DNA of 64,000 nt from a plasmid: the NCBI RefSeq assembly GCF_056746865.1, contig NZ_JBWKMP010000002.1. One strand, given 5' to 3'. Below the pieces are notes generated by a model that saw nothing but the letters and a program-made list of their open reading frames with translations, was not told the DNA's origin and searched no databases. This document shows, piece after piece, positions 19,410 to 30,843 of the stretch (its first letter is position 1; every line of letters begins with the position of its first letter). Position numbers and translations under genes: made by a program.

Positions 19410-20659
19410 GCGTTAACTCCTTGCTTAGCTGAAAAACTTTTTATTTCATTTATAAATTGTTGATATACCTGTAATACAGATTCTTCTGCGACATCAAGTT
19501 GCTTTGCGGAACAAAGTTCCTCTGATTTTTTGATATCAAGCACTGTACGCCCTTTGGAAGCAGCTGCCTTAAATGCTTCAGAATTTTTTATGTTAGCGGA
19601 CATCAAAAGGTCCTGAACAGTTCTGATTAATTTATCCAAAACTATTCTTTCATATGGACTTTTGTCATCAACATTGACAGCAAGAACTTTGAACCATTTT
19701 AAATTATCGCCCTTACTTGGTGATTGTTTAAACCTTTCACTTATTGTAAGCATGAAGTCTGTAGTAGAGGCGTAATCATATTCACGTGGTGACACTGCGA
19801 CAAGAATCCCATCGGCCGCTTCGTCAGCAGCCCAGATCAAAGGTGAATCTTCAGGTGGAGTGTCTATAATAATCAAATCATAGTTCTGCTTCAGTACCGG
19901 TAAGATAACTTCCTTGAAACGTAGTAACAAAGACGTTCGTTCTTCTCTAGAACATTGCCAGTATTTATCTTTAAAACGAGCATCTGTCGGAAATGCCGTT
20001 ATCACGTCCAAGTTTGGCAGATGCGTTGAAAAAGGCATATTAGTGATGATTTCTTCTTCAGAGAATCCTGAATCTAAATATTTTTTATACTCAGAATTTT
20101 CTTCATAAATTCCAAGGATTGCATCAATTGCTGTAAGGAAGACATCATCTTCTGAGACACTTTGAATCATGCTGCTTCCAATCGAACCTTGTGGGTCCCA
20201 TTCGATCATTAATACACGTGCATTCAGTTGTAGATCTAAAGCAGCTGCTACTGCTAAAGCTACAGATGTAGTGCTTTTCCCTGTACCGCCTTTATGATTC
20301 TGAGTAACAATAGCTCTGCTAAAGTAATGATCGCGGTACTTGGGATAACCCAGGGCATCCATTATTTTTTGAACATCCCAGCGGGTGTAAAGATGATTTT
20401 TGTTTTGATAAATAGGTGCACCAACAACTTCTTTTTCTTCTAAGTCCGAAAGTATTTTATTGAACGTTACTCGTGACTTCCCAAAAAAATCAGAGAGATT
20501 TTTTTTATTTAAACAGTGGTTGTAGATCAGTCTATCAACACCATCAACACTATCATCAGAAACAGATACTCTTGATGAAGCCATCAGAGATTCCTTAAGA
20601 GAAATCTGCTCGCTTTTCATGCGCTGACCAACGAGGGCGATCTTTTCAAGTAAATTCAT
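19406..20659 (-). CDS. parA: Walker-type partition ATPase ParA/SopA family with N-terminal extension
   Basis: 417-aa ORF with the deviant Walker A motif KGGTGKSTTS, preceded by a roughly 100-aa N-terminal region as in type Ia ParA proteins; overlaps the downstream parB-like start. Confidence 0.8.
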   Translation of the reverse strand: MNLLEKIALVGQRMKSEQISLKESLMASSRVSVSDDSVDGVDRLIYNHCLNKKNLSDFFGKSRVTFNKILSDLEEKEVVGAPIYQNKNHLYTRWDVQKIMDALGYPKYRDHYFSRAIVTQNHKGGTGKSTTSVALAVAAALDLQLNARVLMIEWDPQGSIGSSMIQSVSEDDVFLTAIDAILGIYEENSEYKKYLDSGFSEEEIITNMPFSTHLPNLDVITAFPTDARFKDKYWQCSREERTSLLLRFKEVILPVLKQNYDLIIIDTPPEDSPLIWAADEAADGILVAVSPREYDYASTTDFMLTISERFKQSPSKGDNLKWFKVLAVNVDDKSPYERIVLDKLIRTVQDLLMSANIKNSEAFKAAASKGRTVLDIKKSEELCSAKQLDVAEESVLQVYQQFINEIKSFSAKQGVNA

Positions 20660-21089
20660 GGTTATGACCTTTTTGCACTGAAAACCGACTTTTACGCATA
20701 TATGTAAACTTTACGCATAATGCGTCCATTTCATTGTTATACGTACAATTCTATCCTTTGTTTCAATCCTAAGCTAATGTTTGTTTACTTTTTTATGATT
20801 TTTTGTGAGCTTAACTTGCAGATGAGAGCTCAGACTCTCTAGTCCTTAATGCTCATTCTTTTTAAACCACGATTCTTGTCGACTTCTCTACGCTTTGACG
20901 TTATGAGCTCCATTAATGAATCTTAGCCTACCCTATTTCTTGCTTAAGAATTTAATTCTTCTCTCACCGGTGTGCTGATTTAAGTTTTCCTAACTGTGAA
21001 TCGTTGTCGTCAGTCCAGTCTAAAGATATGAGGTGTCATTTTCTTTGAGTAGGCCCACTACGAATTATGGGAGCAAAGTTAGCGACCTA

Positions 21090-24055
21090 GCCCAGAACTG
21101 AAACCCAACTTCAGGAGGCAACCCCAGTGTGGCGATTGGAGTTAATCTGCCAGCGGCTGACAGTGTCCTGGCTCCTTTCTCCGTGGCCCACCACGCCCTG
21201 ATTAAAATCCCCTGCCCGGTATTGTATGGAGCGAAAAAAGCCCGTGCATTTGTGTCGGCAGACCGGCATGAAGGAATATGACGTTAATCTGTATCAGCAG
21301 GCACTTTTCGCATGATGGGAGCAAGTGATAGCAACCCCGCCCAGAACGGAAGGCCAGCATCAGGACAAAACCCAAGTTTGGCGATTAAGGGGGTTAAATT
21401 TGCAAGCGGATGACAGTGCCCCAGCTGCTGCTCAGTCACACCACGCCCTGAGTAAATCTCTCGCCAGGTCTTGTTATGACCGAAAATAGCCCAAGCACTG
21501 GTGTCGGCAGACCGGCATACAGGAATATGACGTTAATCTGTATCAGCAGATACATTTCGCATTATGGGAGCAAGAGATAGCAACCCAGCCCAGAACTGAA
21601 GGCCAGCATGAGGACAGAACACCAGTTTGGCGATTAAGGGAGTTAAATATGCAAGCTGCTGATAGTGCCCCAGCTCCTGCTCAGTAACACCACGCCCTGA
21701 TAAAATCTCCTGCCCGGTAATGTAATGACCGAAAAAAGGCCGTGCACTGGTGTCGGCAGACCGGCACGCAGGAAAATGACGTTAATCTGTATTAACAGAC
21801 ACATTTCGCATTAGGGGAGCAAGTGATAGCCACCCAGCCCAGAACTGAAGGCCAGCATCAGGACAGTACCCCAGTTTGGCGATTAAGGGGGTTAAATCCG
21901 CCAGTGGCTGTAAGTGCCCGAGCGGTGTATAAGAAATATTTCCCGAAGGACAATCTTTCGCTCGTACGATGAATAAAGTGTTCAACCCGGGAGCGGGGAT
22001 CACTTACCTGCTTAGCCTAAATCTTACGTCATTCTTAAACGGAGTTTAAGCTTAATGGTCCTTAGAAAGTTAAAAGGACTACCCATAATGACGTCTTGAG
22101 ATGGCGAATAAAGGGTTTTAATCTGCCAGCGGCTCAACAGTGCCCCAGCTTCTGCTCAGTCACACCACGCCTGATTAAATCTCCCGCCAGGTCTTATTAT
22201 GACCGAAAATAGTCCCCGTGCACTAGAGTCGTAAGACCGGCATACAGGAATGAAGCTTAAATCTTTATCAGGTTGCAAGGTTCGCATCATGGGAGCAAGG
22301 GCCTTGAACTGTAGGTTAACATCAGAAAATCCCAGATTGGCGATTAAGGGGGTTAAATCTGACAGCGACTGAAAGTGCCTTCAGATGCTGCTCAGGTATA
22401 TTACAACCTGAAAAAATCAAGCGTCTGTTCATGCGAATATCGAAAAAAGCTATGCACCAGTTTCGGCAGACCGGCATGGAGTAATGAGACGTTAATCTGT
22501 ATCAGCTGGCGCATTTCGTATCATGGGAGCAAGTGTTAGCAACCCTGCCCAGGACGGAAGGACACTATCAGGACTGATCCCAGTTTGGAGATTAAGGGGG
22601 TTAAATCTGCCAGTGGCTGACAGAGCCTTCTGAGTCAGACATACTATGAACGATAAAATCACCCGTCCGTCCTTGTGATTATCGGAAAAAGCCATGCCCA
22701 GTCGGCAGATCGGTATGCAGTAATGTGACTTTAATCTGTATCAGCAGGCGCAATGGGAGCAAGTGTTAGCAACCGAGCCCAGGACGGAAGGACACTATCA
22801 GGACTGAACCCCAGTGTGGCGATTAAGGGGGTTAAATCTGCAAGCGGATAACAGTGCCCCAGCTGCTGCTCAGTCACACCACGCCCTGATTAAATCTCTC
22901 GCCAGGTCTTGTTAGGACCGAAAATAGCCCGAGCACTGGTGTCGGCAGACCGGCATACAGGAATACGACGTTAATTTGTATCAGCAGGTACATTTCGCAT
23001 TATGGGAGCAAGTGATAGCAACCCAGCTCAGAACTGAAGGCCTGCATGAGGACAGAACACCAGTTTGGCGATTAAGGGGGTTAAATCTGACAGCGGCTGA
23101 CAGTGCCTTCAGATGCTGCTCAGGCATACTACTCTCCCTGATATAATCTCCCATATGTTCTTGAGATTCGCCCATGCACCGGTGTCGGCAGACCGGTATG
23201 CAGTAATGTGATTTTAATCTGTATCAGCAGGCACATTTCGTATCATGGGAGTAAGTGTTAGCAAACCGAACCCCGCCCAGCACGGAAGGTCAATATCAGA
23301 CCAGAATCCCAGTTTGGCGATTAAGGGGGTTAAATCTGCAAGCTGCTGACAGTGCCCCAGCTTCTGCTCAGTCACACCACGCCCTGATAAAATCTCCTGC
23401 CCGGTAATGTGATGACCGAAAAAAGCCCGTGCACTGGTGTTGGCAGACCGGCACGCAGGAATATGACGTTAATCTGTATCAGCAGTTACATTTCGCATTA
23501 TGGGAGGAAGTGATAGCCACCCAGCCCAGAACTGAAGGCCAGCATCAGGACAGTACCCCAGTTTGGCGATTAAGGGGGTTAAATCCGGCAGCGGCAGTAA
23601 GTGCCCGTGCTGTGTTAAAGGAATATTTCCCTAAGGACAATCTTCCGATCGGCCTTTTGTATAAAGTGGTCACCCCGGGAGCGGGGATCACTTTACCTGC
23701 TTAGCCTAAATCTTACGTCAATCACTATCCGGAATTTTAGCTTAATGGTCCTGAGCAAGTTAAAAGGGGTACCCCTAATGACGTCCCCAGATGGCGATAA
23801 AGGAGTTAATTCCGCCTTCGGCTTACAGTGCCGCAGCTGCTGCTAAGGAACACCACGCCCTGATTAAATCTCCCGCCTGGCCTTGTGATGACCAAAAATT
23901 GTCCGTGCACTGGCGTCGTAAGACCGGCATACAGGAATGAGGCGTTAATCTTTATTAGGTGGAAGGATTCGCATCATGGGAGCAAGGGCCCTAGAACTGT
24001 AGGCTAACATTAGAAAATCACAGATTGGCGATAAAGGGGGTTAAATAAGTTAAAA
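21090..24055. repeat. Tandem array of ~240-bp direct repeats (about 12 units) with a higher-order ~1.7-kb periodicity, upstream of parA
   Basis: Recurring blocks such as CCAGTTTGGCGATTAAGGGGGTTAAATCTGC and GTGTCGGCAGACCGGCATACAGGAAT...GACGTTAATCTGTATCAGCAG reappear at about 240-250 bp spacing. Two divergent units containing TTAGCCTAAATCTTACGTCA...AGCTTAATGGTCC recur about 1.69 kb apart. Confidence 0.85.
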
Positions 24056-24417
24056 GTCTTCGGTGAGCAAATTGGATAAATTTTCATAAACCAAAGCGTT
24101 AATATTAAACTTTTAGAAGAATGATTAAAGGATATTAAGTTTTGTATGCAATATGACACCAGTGATCTGTTTTCACTAATAATGCCGCGCTCCTTTGATT
24201 ACCTTTGGTAAACAAAAATGTAATTTACGTGAATTTCATCTTATAAAGTCAGTATTGATGTTATAAATTTTGTTTACTTAATGCGTACACAACCTAAATG
24301 CGATTTGTAATTATGTCACTGTTTTTAAGCCATATTAATTATAAAACCAAAATTTGCAGCACAGTGATGAACTCATTAAGTCATAACCTCATTTGTTTAC
24401 TTAAGGCATACAATAAA

Positions 24418-24452
24418 AAACCAGATTCTTATGAGACATCTGGTTTAATTGT
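24418..24452 (-). terminator. Rho-independent terminator downstream of traC
   Basis: Hairpin CCAGAT-(loop)-ATCTGG; on the minus strand it is followed by a T-run, just 3' of the traC stop. Confidence 0.6.
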
Positions 24453-24473
24453 TTTTGCTTGAAGATATTTACT

Positions 24474-27146
24474 CTACGCGGCCAAACCCGCTGCTACTTC
24501 TTGAGCATAGAGAATTTCTATTGCCTCGCCATAGCTACAATTCTCGCGGCTTTGAATTTCCCATAATTTACTCCTGTCAGCACTATCCGTAGTAAAACAA
24601 AGCTCCATTTTCCGGTCTACGTATAACCGACAGATCTCGTAAGTTTCGAACCTGACTAACATCTCTGAAAACACCTTTTTGACTGTACGAATATTTTTCA
24701 TTCGTTCATATTCTGCATCTGAAGTAGAAAAATATTTATTAGCCTTCATTGCTTCAATGCTTTCTTTTTCTTGTTTCATGATTATCTTCCAAGGCGAGTT
24801 AGCAGTCAGGGCCCGGCCAACAGAAGAAGTAAAATAATCTTCAAACGACTGTGTGATACAGATGCCAGCGCAGTTTGTTTTCCTGAACCTACGCCATGCC
24901 GCTTCGAGGAAGGAAGAGAAGAATTGGTTTGATTGATTTCCGGCACCTGATGAATTATCAGGACGAATGTACTCCCAAGCTTCATCTAGGATGAACAAGC
25001 GACGACGCCCATCTTTTTTGATGAACATTGCATGCTGAGCAGCCTGAATGATAGACATTAAAACAACTGTCTGAAGGTGGGGGGTGCCTTTTAGCTCCTC
25101 CAGTTCCAAAACAATAAATCTGCTGTCTATTGGAGGCAACGTATCGGTAAACCGGTGCCCATAAATTCCACCTTCGCACCATGCTCCGAGTTGCTCCCCA
25201 ATATCCTTTATACGTTTGTCTTCATGCTTCTTGCAACGCAGAGCAAAGCCGGTTATTGAACCGGTCCGACCTGATTTTCTGGATTCCTGGTACTCTTCTG
25301 CAATAAGCTGAAGCATCACTGATTGTTGATAATCATCGATAAGGCCTTTCTCTGAAGCCATAATTTTTAGCTGATTCAGAACCATTATGGTCTGAGCAAC
25401 TTTGTCTTTTTCTGCATCGTTTGAAGTTGATTCACCGGTAAATTCAGGTGCTTCGTTAAATACATCGTCGTTAACAGTGATGTCAGTTAGGAAGGCAAAG
25501 GGATTTAGGGTGAAGTCAGGGGTTTTACCGAAATCAATAAATTGACTGTTTGTATATTGTTCCGCAATCCCCTGGTAAGAACGCCCCACGTCCACTACAA
25601 AAACTTGAGCACCATCAGGATCATCATCTGGGTATTCGTTTTCTAAAAAATGCTTAAATGTTGAGCGATAATGAACGAGGTTATTAGATCGCGGTCCAGC
25701 TCCAAGATAGTTATTGATTAGATATGCTGTCCAGAATGACTTGCCTGCACCTGACGTTGCACCAATAACCATGTTATAGCTTGCAGAAGTCTTGAAAATA
25801 TCAAGTCCCATGAGTTGACCTTCACGAGAAACTAAACTCAGTACTGGTCTATCTGTATTACCTTTCCAGGGCCCAAAGATCGGCGTCATATGAGCCGCTC
25901 CGGTGTTGCTCACTACTTCGGATCGGTCAAGGTCGAAAATTGTCTTTGGGTCATTGCACATTGGCAGACATGACATAAATGACGGGAAAACGATAAAGGA
26001 ATCATCTGCTACTTTGACCCGGCTTTCGAGGTAAAAGGATTTGAGATCGTTAGCTGCTGTCTGCACAGAATTGGCATTACTACCCATAACAGTGAAAGTA
26101 AGATACCCTCTTAAAAGCTTTGCGCCATCCTCAAGCTCGCGAGTTACGGCCATGTAGTCATTATCCATATCCCGCAGGCGAGGGCAGAATGTGACAACTG
26201 AAGGTATACTTGCCTGTTTATTAGTGATTGCTTTGTAGCGGACGTTTTCTTTTGACAACTTGAGCGGATCGGCAAACTGAACAGTCTGAGTGATCATAAA
26301 TGGGCTGAAAATTGTCTTACGTCCATGCATCCAGTTAACTACTAACTCATACATACAACCGAAATTGACGTATTCAGGAAACTTTACAACGGAAAGTTGT
26401 TTGAAGTAACGATGCTCAGATTCGTCGTCACTTTGTGTGACTGATGAGAAATGATTTTCTGTGACTGTATACTTACGGCCGGGAACGTTAACTTGTTCAT
26501 TAAGCCTTTTCATAGTGTTAACGTCTATAAAACCTTCAGCCCACCGAGAGTTCTTTCCGGGGTTTACGACCTTATCTATACAATAGAGCCAGTTTTCTGC
26601 ATCGACCTTAAACGGATGCAGTCCAATCGTAATTAACTTACTTACAAGTTCAGAGTAAAGTGAATCGATACGCGAATGTTCCAGCTCGGTAGGAAGGGCA
26701 GACTGTAAAGGAATCGATAGCGAGATCCATACCTGAAAATCCCTCAACATAAGGTTATCATGATCAGGTTTTAAAGGCTTATGCATACTTCTGTCGTAGT
26801 AGTCCAACTGATAACCATTAAGCAGATCTGCTTTAAGCTTATCGTTCCCAGTCATACGCCCACCTCGCACAGCTGACCAAGCACTAAGCTGTAAAGTCAA
26901 GTCTGGCAATGCAGTCAGAGATATTTGACAGACAGTATCTGTAGGAAAATCCATTTTGAACATTTCAGCAAGAACATCTTGCTGATTATCAAAAACTCCA
27001 GGTGATGGATTACAGATAAACATAAACCCTAATCTGTTGCCATCAATCAAAAAATAGTGAGTCCCTGCTAATTGATCGTAAACAGGGATAAACCCACCTA
27101 ATTGATGGCGATTTAAACCGCTATTGTAATTATTGATAGCTTCCAT
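24474..27146 (-). CDS. traC: Conjugative type IV secretion ATPase, TraC/VirB4 family
   Basis: 890-aa ORF with Walker A (GATSGAGKS) and a downstream Walker B-like hydrophobic stretch ending in DEAW; size and position (after the TraV-like gene) are typical. Confidence 0.85.
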   Translation of the reverse strand: MEAINNYNSGLNRHQLGGFIPVYDQLAGTHYFLIDGNRLGFMFICNPSPGVFDNQQDVLAEMFKMDFPTDTVCQISLTALPDLTLQLSAWSAVRGGRMTGNDKLKADLLNGYQLDYYDRSMHKPLKPDHDNLMLRDFQVWISLSIPLQSALPTELEHSRIDSLYSELVSKLITIGLHPFKVDAENWLYCIDKVVNPGKNSRWAEGFIDVNTMKRLNEQVNVPGRKYTVTENHFSSVTQSDDESEHRYFKQLSVVKFPEYVNFGCMYELVVNWMHGRKTIFSPFMITQTVQFADPLKLSKENVRYKAITNKQASIPSVVTFCPRLRDMDNDYMAVTRELEDGAKLLRGYLTFTVMGSNANSVQTAANDLKSFYLESRVKVADDSFIVFPSFMSCLPMCNDPKTIFDLDRSEVVSNTGAAHMTPIFGPWKGNTDRPVLSLVSREGQLMGLDIFKTSASYNMVIGATSGAGKSFWTAYLINNYLGAGPRSNNLVHYRSTFKHFLENEYPDDDPDGAQVFVVDVGRSYQGIAEQYTNSQFIDFGKTPDFTLNPFAFLTDITVNDDVFNEAPEFTGESTSNDAEKDKVAQTIMVLNQLKIMASEKGLIDDYQQSVMLQLIAEEYQESRKSGRTGSITGFALRCKKHEDKRIKDIGEQLGAWCEGGIYGHRFTDTLPPIDSRFIVLELEELKGTPHLQTVVLMSIIQAAQHAMFIKKDGRRRLFILDEAWEYIRPDNSSGAGNQSNQFFSSFLEAAWRRFRKTNCAGICITQSFEDYFTSSVGRALTANSPWKIIMKQEKESIEAMKANKYFSTSDAEYERMKNIRTVKKVFSEMLVRFETYEICRLYVDRKMELCFTTDSADRSKLWEIQSRENCSYGEAIEILYAQEVAAGLAA

Positions 27147-27154
27147 ATTTGACC

Positions 27155-28105
27155 TTACAGTTGTCTAACAATGCCGTTCGAAGAGACAGCTTTAGTTGCT
27201 TTTTGTTGCTGCTGCATATTTTCCCGGGCCGCATCCTGTACTTCTAAAGGAACTATGCGAGCTGGGTTTGAGGTCGAATTCTTGCCAGCAATCCATGTTT
27301 GCGGTTTTACGTTGACATAAACGTAGCCGGGAAGATTAAGCGCATCGTTATCATCGGTATAAGGTGCAAAAGTAATTCTCATTACTTTCCCCTGTTGCAG
27401 AACAGCAAGTGGTTCAGGAGCCACTACAGCTTGTTTATAACCTTGCGAACGGTATTGCTGGATCTGCCCAGTGTTGAGAGTAGGGTTAACGGGCTGGCCA
27501 TTGTAAAGAGAGTACATATCCTTGCCAGGGCTGATATCAGAATTAGGTGCAACGTAGCGTGGTGCATTTCCAGCAGAAACCGGATAGCTTGTTTGTTTAA
27601 CGACTTCCGCAGCCGGATGAACGAAAGGGTTACCAGCTGAAGAGGCAGTGCTATAACTGCTAGTCATCCTTACGTTTGAATTAACCGGTACACCAGAAAT
27701 AGGCCGTGGTCCAATGGATGAAGTAGGGGCACCCATTTTTAAAGTTTTATCGTACATGACAGGTAACTGACCAACTGGCTTAATTTCGGTTTTTGAATAA
27801 GCCACAGGCTGATTTTTAAGGGTTGTAGACTGTGGATATTTGACTTCCCCTGGAGGGCTAATTTCAGTTGGATAACGGCTGTCATTGACAGCCGATTTCT
27901 CCTTTCCCGATTCCGACTCTTCCCCCGCAAGTGCAGACAGATCATCTCGATTATTAGTTAACTCCATAACTTCGCGAGGACCTTTACAGATAACGCCCTT
28001 TTCAATGCCTGGACATTCGGATTCGGAACTCCCGATGGAGCACCCCGTAAGATATGAGGATGTACCTACAACCAGAGCACTGAGTACCAATCTTTTGATG
28101 TTCAT
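27155..28105 (-). CDS. traV: TraV-like outer-membrane lipoprotein (extended form)
   Basis: 316-aa ORF with a lipobox (YLTGCS) and a second Cys shortly after (ESECPG) as in TraV; Pro/Ser/Thr/Gln-rich linker; located between the TraB-like and TraC genes. Confidence 0.6.
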   Translation of the reverse strand: MNIKRLVLSALVVGTSSYLTGCSIGSSESECPGIEKGVICKGPREVMELTNNRDDLSALAGEESESGKEKSAVNDSRYPTEISPPGEVKYPQSTTLKNQPVAYSKTEIKPVGQLPVMYDKTLKMGAPTSSIGPRPISGVPVNSNVRMTSSYSTASSAGNPFVHPAAEVVKQTSYPVSAGNAPRYVAPNSDISPGKDMYSLYNGQPVNPTLNTGQIQQYRSQGYKQAVVAPEPLAVLQQGKVMRITFAPYTDDNDALNLPGYVYVNVKPQTWIAGKNSTSNPARIVPLEVQDAARENMQQQQKATKAVSSNGIVRQL

Positions 28106-28114
28106 AAACTAGCC

Positions 28115-28999
28115 TTAATTTGTCTCAAATGGATTTTTTAAGAGAGGTTCAACGCTTTGGTTCAACCAGTAGTCGAAATCTTTTGGAATGCCATTACCAG
28201 CCAAACCATCCTGTCTGACAACTGAAGGTACACCCTGCAATTTATAAATTCCTGCGAGCATCAATGACGCTACCAAAGGTTCCGCCGGACATTCTTCTGC
28301 TTCTTTTTGAGAGAGCAATCTTTTTTCAATGTCGGATTTGCTTCCCATTAGCCAACGAAGAATATCGAGGTTGTTTATTTTTCCTTTTTCTTTACTACAC
28401 CAGAGCCTTCTAAGCTCTTCTTTTGGCTCACCGGGTGAGGGAACTAAAACAATATCTATCCGATACTTGTCCCGATCTGCATAAAATTTCTTAACAAGTT
28501 CCATGCAACCGTCACAATCAAGTGTTAAGAAAATGGCTGCTTGTCTCTTAAGCTTTGAATTTCCCAGATGAATGGACGCTACAGTTTCCAGAGGGAAGGG
28601 GGCCTCATCAAGACTAATAAAATAGGAATTTCTGATTTCTTCTACAGTCAGAACAGGTTTACGTTTAATTACATCAACAAGGCTTCCCCCAGTAAGGGAG
28701 TATCGGCCATCGGTCGTTACTGCCATTAGCTGCGAACGCTCGTCCTGAAAGAGGTATAGCCCACCAGAAGGAATGTATATGGCATCCTTAGGTTTATATC
28801 CTTTCATTTTTGATAACGCACCCGAGATCTGACTGGGTGAAACGCCGCCTTCCTTTGCCTTTGCCATTAACGCAGCAGCATCACTATTAGTTAGGACCTG
28901 CTCTGAAGCATAAGTGACCGTATTCGCCATAATGGCGAAAGCCGCCATTAAAGGGAAAAGTAACTTTTTCACTATTGGGTGCCCTCTACTTCTTTGCAT
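28115..28999 (-). CDS. Periplasmic thioredoxin-fold protein (DsbC/TrbB-like disulfide isomerase); start placed at the internal Met
   Basis: The ORF track extends to 29098, but a signal peptide (MQRSRGHPIVKKLLFPLMAAFAIMANTVTYA) begins at the internal Met, which also removes the overlap with the upstream gene. A C-x-x-C motif (CDGC) is present in the C-terminal half. Confidence 0.5.
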   Translation of the reverse strand: MQRSRGHPIVKKLLFPLMAAFAIMANTVTYASEQVLTNSDAAALMAKAKEGGVSPSQISGALSKMKGYKPKDAIYIPSGGLYLFQDERSQLMAVTTDGRYSLTGGSLVDVIKRKPVLTVEEIRNSYFISLDEAPFPLETVASIHLGNSKLKRQAAIFLTLDCDGCMELVKKFYADRDKYRIDIVLVPSPGEPKEELRRLWCSKEKGKINNLDILRWLMGSKSDIEKRLLSQKEAEECPAEPLVASLMLAGIYKLQGVPSVVRQDGLAGNGIPKDFDYWLNQSVEPLLKNPFETN

Positions 29000-29468
29000 T
29001 ATAAGAACTTGATTGTACCGCTTCAGAGCTATCTTCAAGTTCCATATAAGTGACGATTTCAACACTATCCGGTACAGTAACGGCAAGCGTTGCATCAATA
29101 ATTAAATAGCCACGGTCACGGTAGATCTTCATTAATGTTCTGAAATATTCTTCGAATTGAGTTCTATCATTGTCAGCAGTACGGCCTCCGTGATGCTTGA
29201 AAAATTCCTTACGTAATTCAGGCATGTCAAGCACTGCAATCTTGTACGAAGGCTGTGATTGTTTATTGAAGTAATCGTAAACATTCATAAAGCCTTTATA
29301 ACCATAAATAATGACCAAAACGGCAAAGGCGAAGAAAAATAAATACTTCAATATTTTTTCAATATCAATTTCGAAGGTAATTTTTTTTGTTGTCCTTTCT
29401 CGCACCATTTTTTTAGTGATTTCAGGTCCAGCTGATTCAGTCGATTCTTTTTTTTCTAAACTATCCAT
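28986..29468 (-). CDS. Small membrane protein of unknown function
   Basis: 160-aa ORF with one clear hydrophobic segment (YLFFFAFAVLVIIYGY); lies within the tra operon. Confidence 0.4.
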   Translation of the reverse strand: MDSLEKKESTESAGPEITKKMVRERTTKKITFEIDIEKILKYLFFFAFAVLVIIYGYKGFMNVYDYFNKQSQPSYKIAVLDMPELRKEFFKHHGGRTADNDRTQFEEYFRTLMKIYRDRGYLIIDATLAVTVPDSVEIVTYMELEDSSEAVQSSSYNAKK

Positions 29469-29475
29469 TTAAACC

Positions 29476-30843
29476 TCAGCGACTGGTCAGATTCGTTGGA
29501 ATTGTAGTTCCGGTCTGAACGACAAATGTAATAGCTCGGCCAGGGCTAATTTCTACGATTGGCCACTGTTGTTCTGCAATTGCGGTGTAGTAATCGACGA
29601 GTCGATTAAGGCCACCTTGAGCTGCACCAGCCCCGGCTAATGCCCCAAGTGCACCAAAATTAGGGGACTGATACTGAGCCTGTGAATTAGGGTCGATGTT
29701 AAGTGAAGATACCTTACTGGGGCTTAAGCTACCGGCAAGTGAAGAAAGTCCACCGGCAAATGCAGCTCCTGCAATTGCGTTACCATTTCGGCTGATAAGC
29801 GTGCCTCGGATCCCATTTTTTCCGTCATTTTCACTTACAGCATATGCTTCCAGTTTTACGTCAAAAGCTTTCCCTTTTGAATTAACACAAGAGATAGAAG
29901 TGGCACGTATGTAAGCACGCTGTGACGCCAAATCACCAACAGCTGAACCCAGAAGGTTACAGTCACGCAAATCCATGGTGAAATTATTGGGCATGATGAC
30001 ATCTTTTTTAATACGCATTGTTACTGGCATTGGTTCTGATTTGGAAGAAAGGCTTGTAGGCGCTTCAAGCCCGGTAATCAGAACACCAGTGATAATAGAT
30101 GTTGCCGGAAGAAACATTTCATCTTTTCGGGCAGCATGCCGCGCTTTGCTATCAACTGGCGCAGTACCATCACCTCGTACAGTCCGAGTAGGCGCTTTAT
30201 CTCCTGCAATGACCTCTCTGCCTTCCTTGATTCTGTTTTCAGACACGGGCATAACCTGAATGACACCATCGGTACCATTAGTCTTAATGGAACTTTGTGT
30301 GATTGTTCTCATCGGGCTATTACGCGTAGGTGTGATAGACGCGTAATTAGGGTTTACGCCATTAATCGGCGCATTAGCATTAAGCTGATAAGGAGCTGCC
30401 GGTGCCTGCTCATTAATCGTTTTACGCGAACTACCAGCATCCAAGTTACGATTGCCGTTTCGATTAGTCTGCATATCATTAATTTGCTGAGACAGTTGCT
30501 GAAGTTGAGAAGTTAAACTTGCAACTTGGGCTTTAGTTTCCTGTTGGGCTTTTTCTGCTTTTTCGCGGTCCTCTTTCGCCGCATTTTGATCAAGTCGGTT
30601 TTGCTTAACCATTTCCTTATATACTTTCTGGCTTTCTTCATTACTCAATTTGTTCATTTGCGAATCATCTAACAACAAATTGGTCTGCATGTCTTTTTTC
30701 TGTGTTTTCTTTTCTTTCTTAACTGGTGTGGAAAAAATAGACTGGCTAATAATATAAACAATCACTACCAGCAGAGCGCCAATAACAGAAAGTCTGACGG
30801 TCTTATTTTCCCAGGCCTTTTTAATGTCCATGATTAGCTCCAC
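29476..30843 (-). CDS. traB: TraB/VirB10-like mating-pair-formation protein
   Basis: 455-aa ORF with an N-terminal transmembrane segment, a coiled-coil/charged region (Gln/Lys/Glu-rich), and a Gly/Ala-rich C-terminal domain; size and position typical of TraB. Confidence 0.55.
   Translation of the reverse strand: MELIMDIKKAWENKTVRLSVIGALLVVIVYIISQSIFSTPVKKEKKTQKKDMQTNLLLDDSQMNKLSNEESQKVYKEMVKQNRLDQNAAKEDREKAEKAQQETKAQVASLTSQLQQLSQQINDMQTNRNGNRNLDAGSSRKTINEQAPAAPYQLNANAPINGVNPNYASITPTRNSPMRTITQSSIKTNGTDGVIQVMPVSENRIKEGREVIAGDKAPTRTVRGDGTAPVDSKARHAARKDEMFLPATSIITGVLITGLEAPTSLSSKSEPMPVTMRIKKDVIMPNNFTMDLRDCNLLGSAVGDLASQRAYIRATSISCVNSKGKAFDVKLEAYAVSENDGKNGIRGTLISRNGNAIAGAAFAGGLSSLAGSLSPSKVSSLNIDPNSQAQYQSPNFGALGALAGAGAAQGGLNRLVDYYTAIAEQQWPIVEISPGRAITFVVQTGTTIPTNLTSR

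Noticed and set aside
21782-23704. Small ORFs of 64-91 aa inside the ~240-bp tandem repeat array (for example 21782..22003, 22492..22695, 22981..23175, 23429..23704)
   Set aside because: They arise from repeated DNA, lie on both strands without consistent starts, and show no coding signal; treated as artefacts of the repeats.
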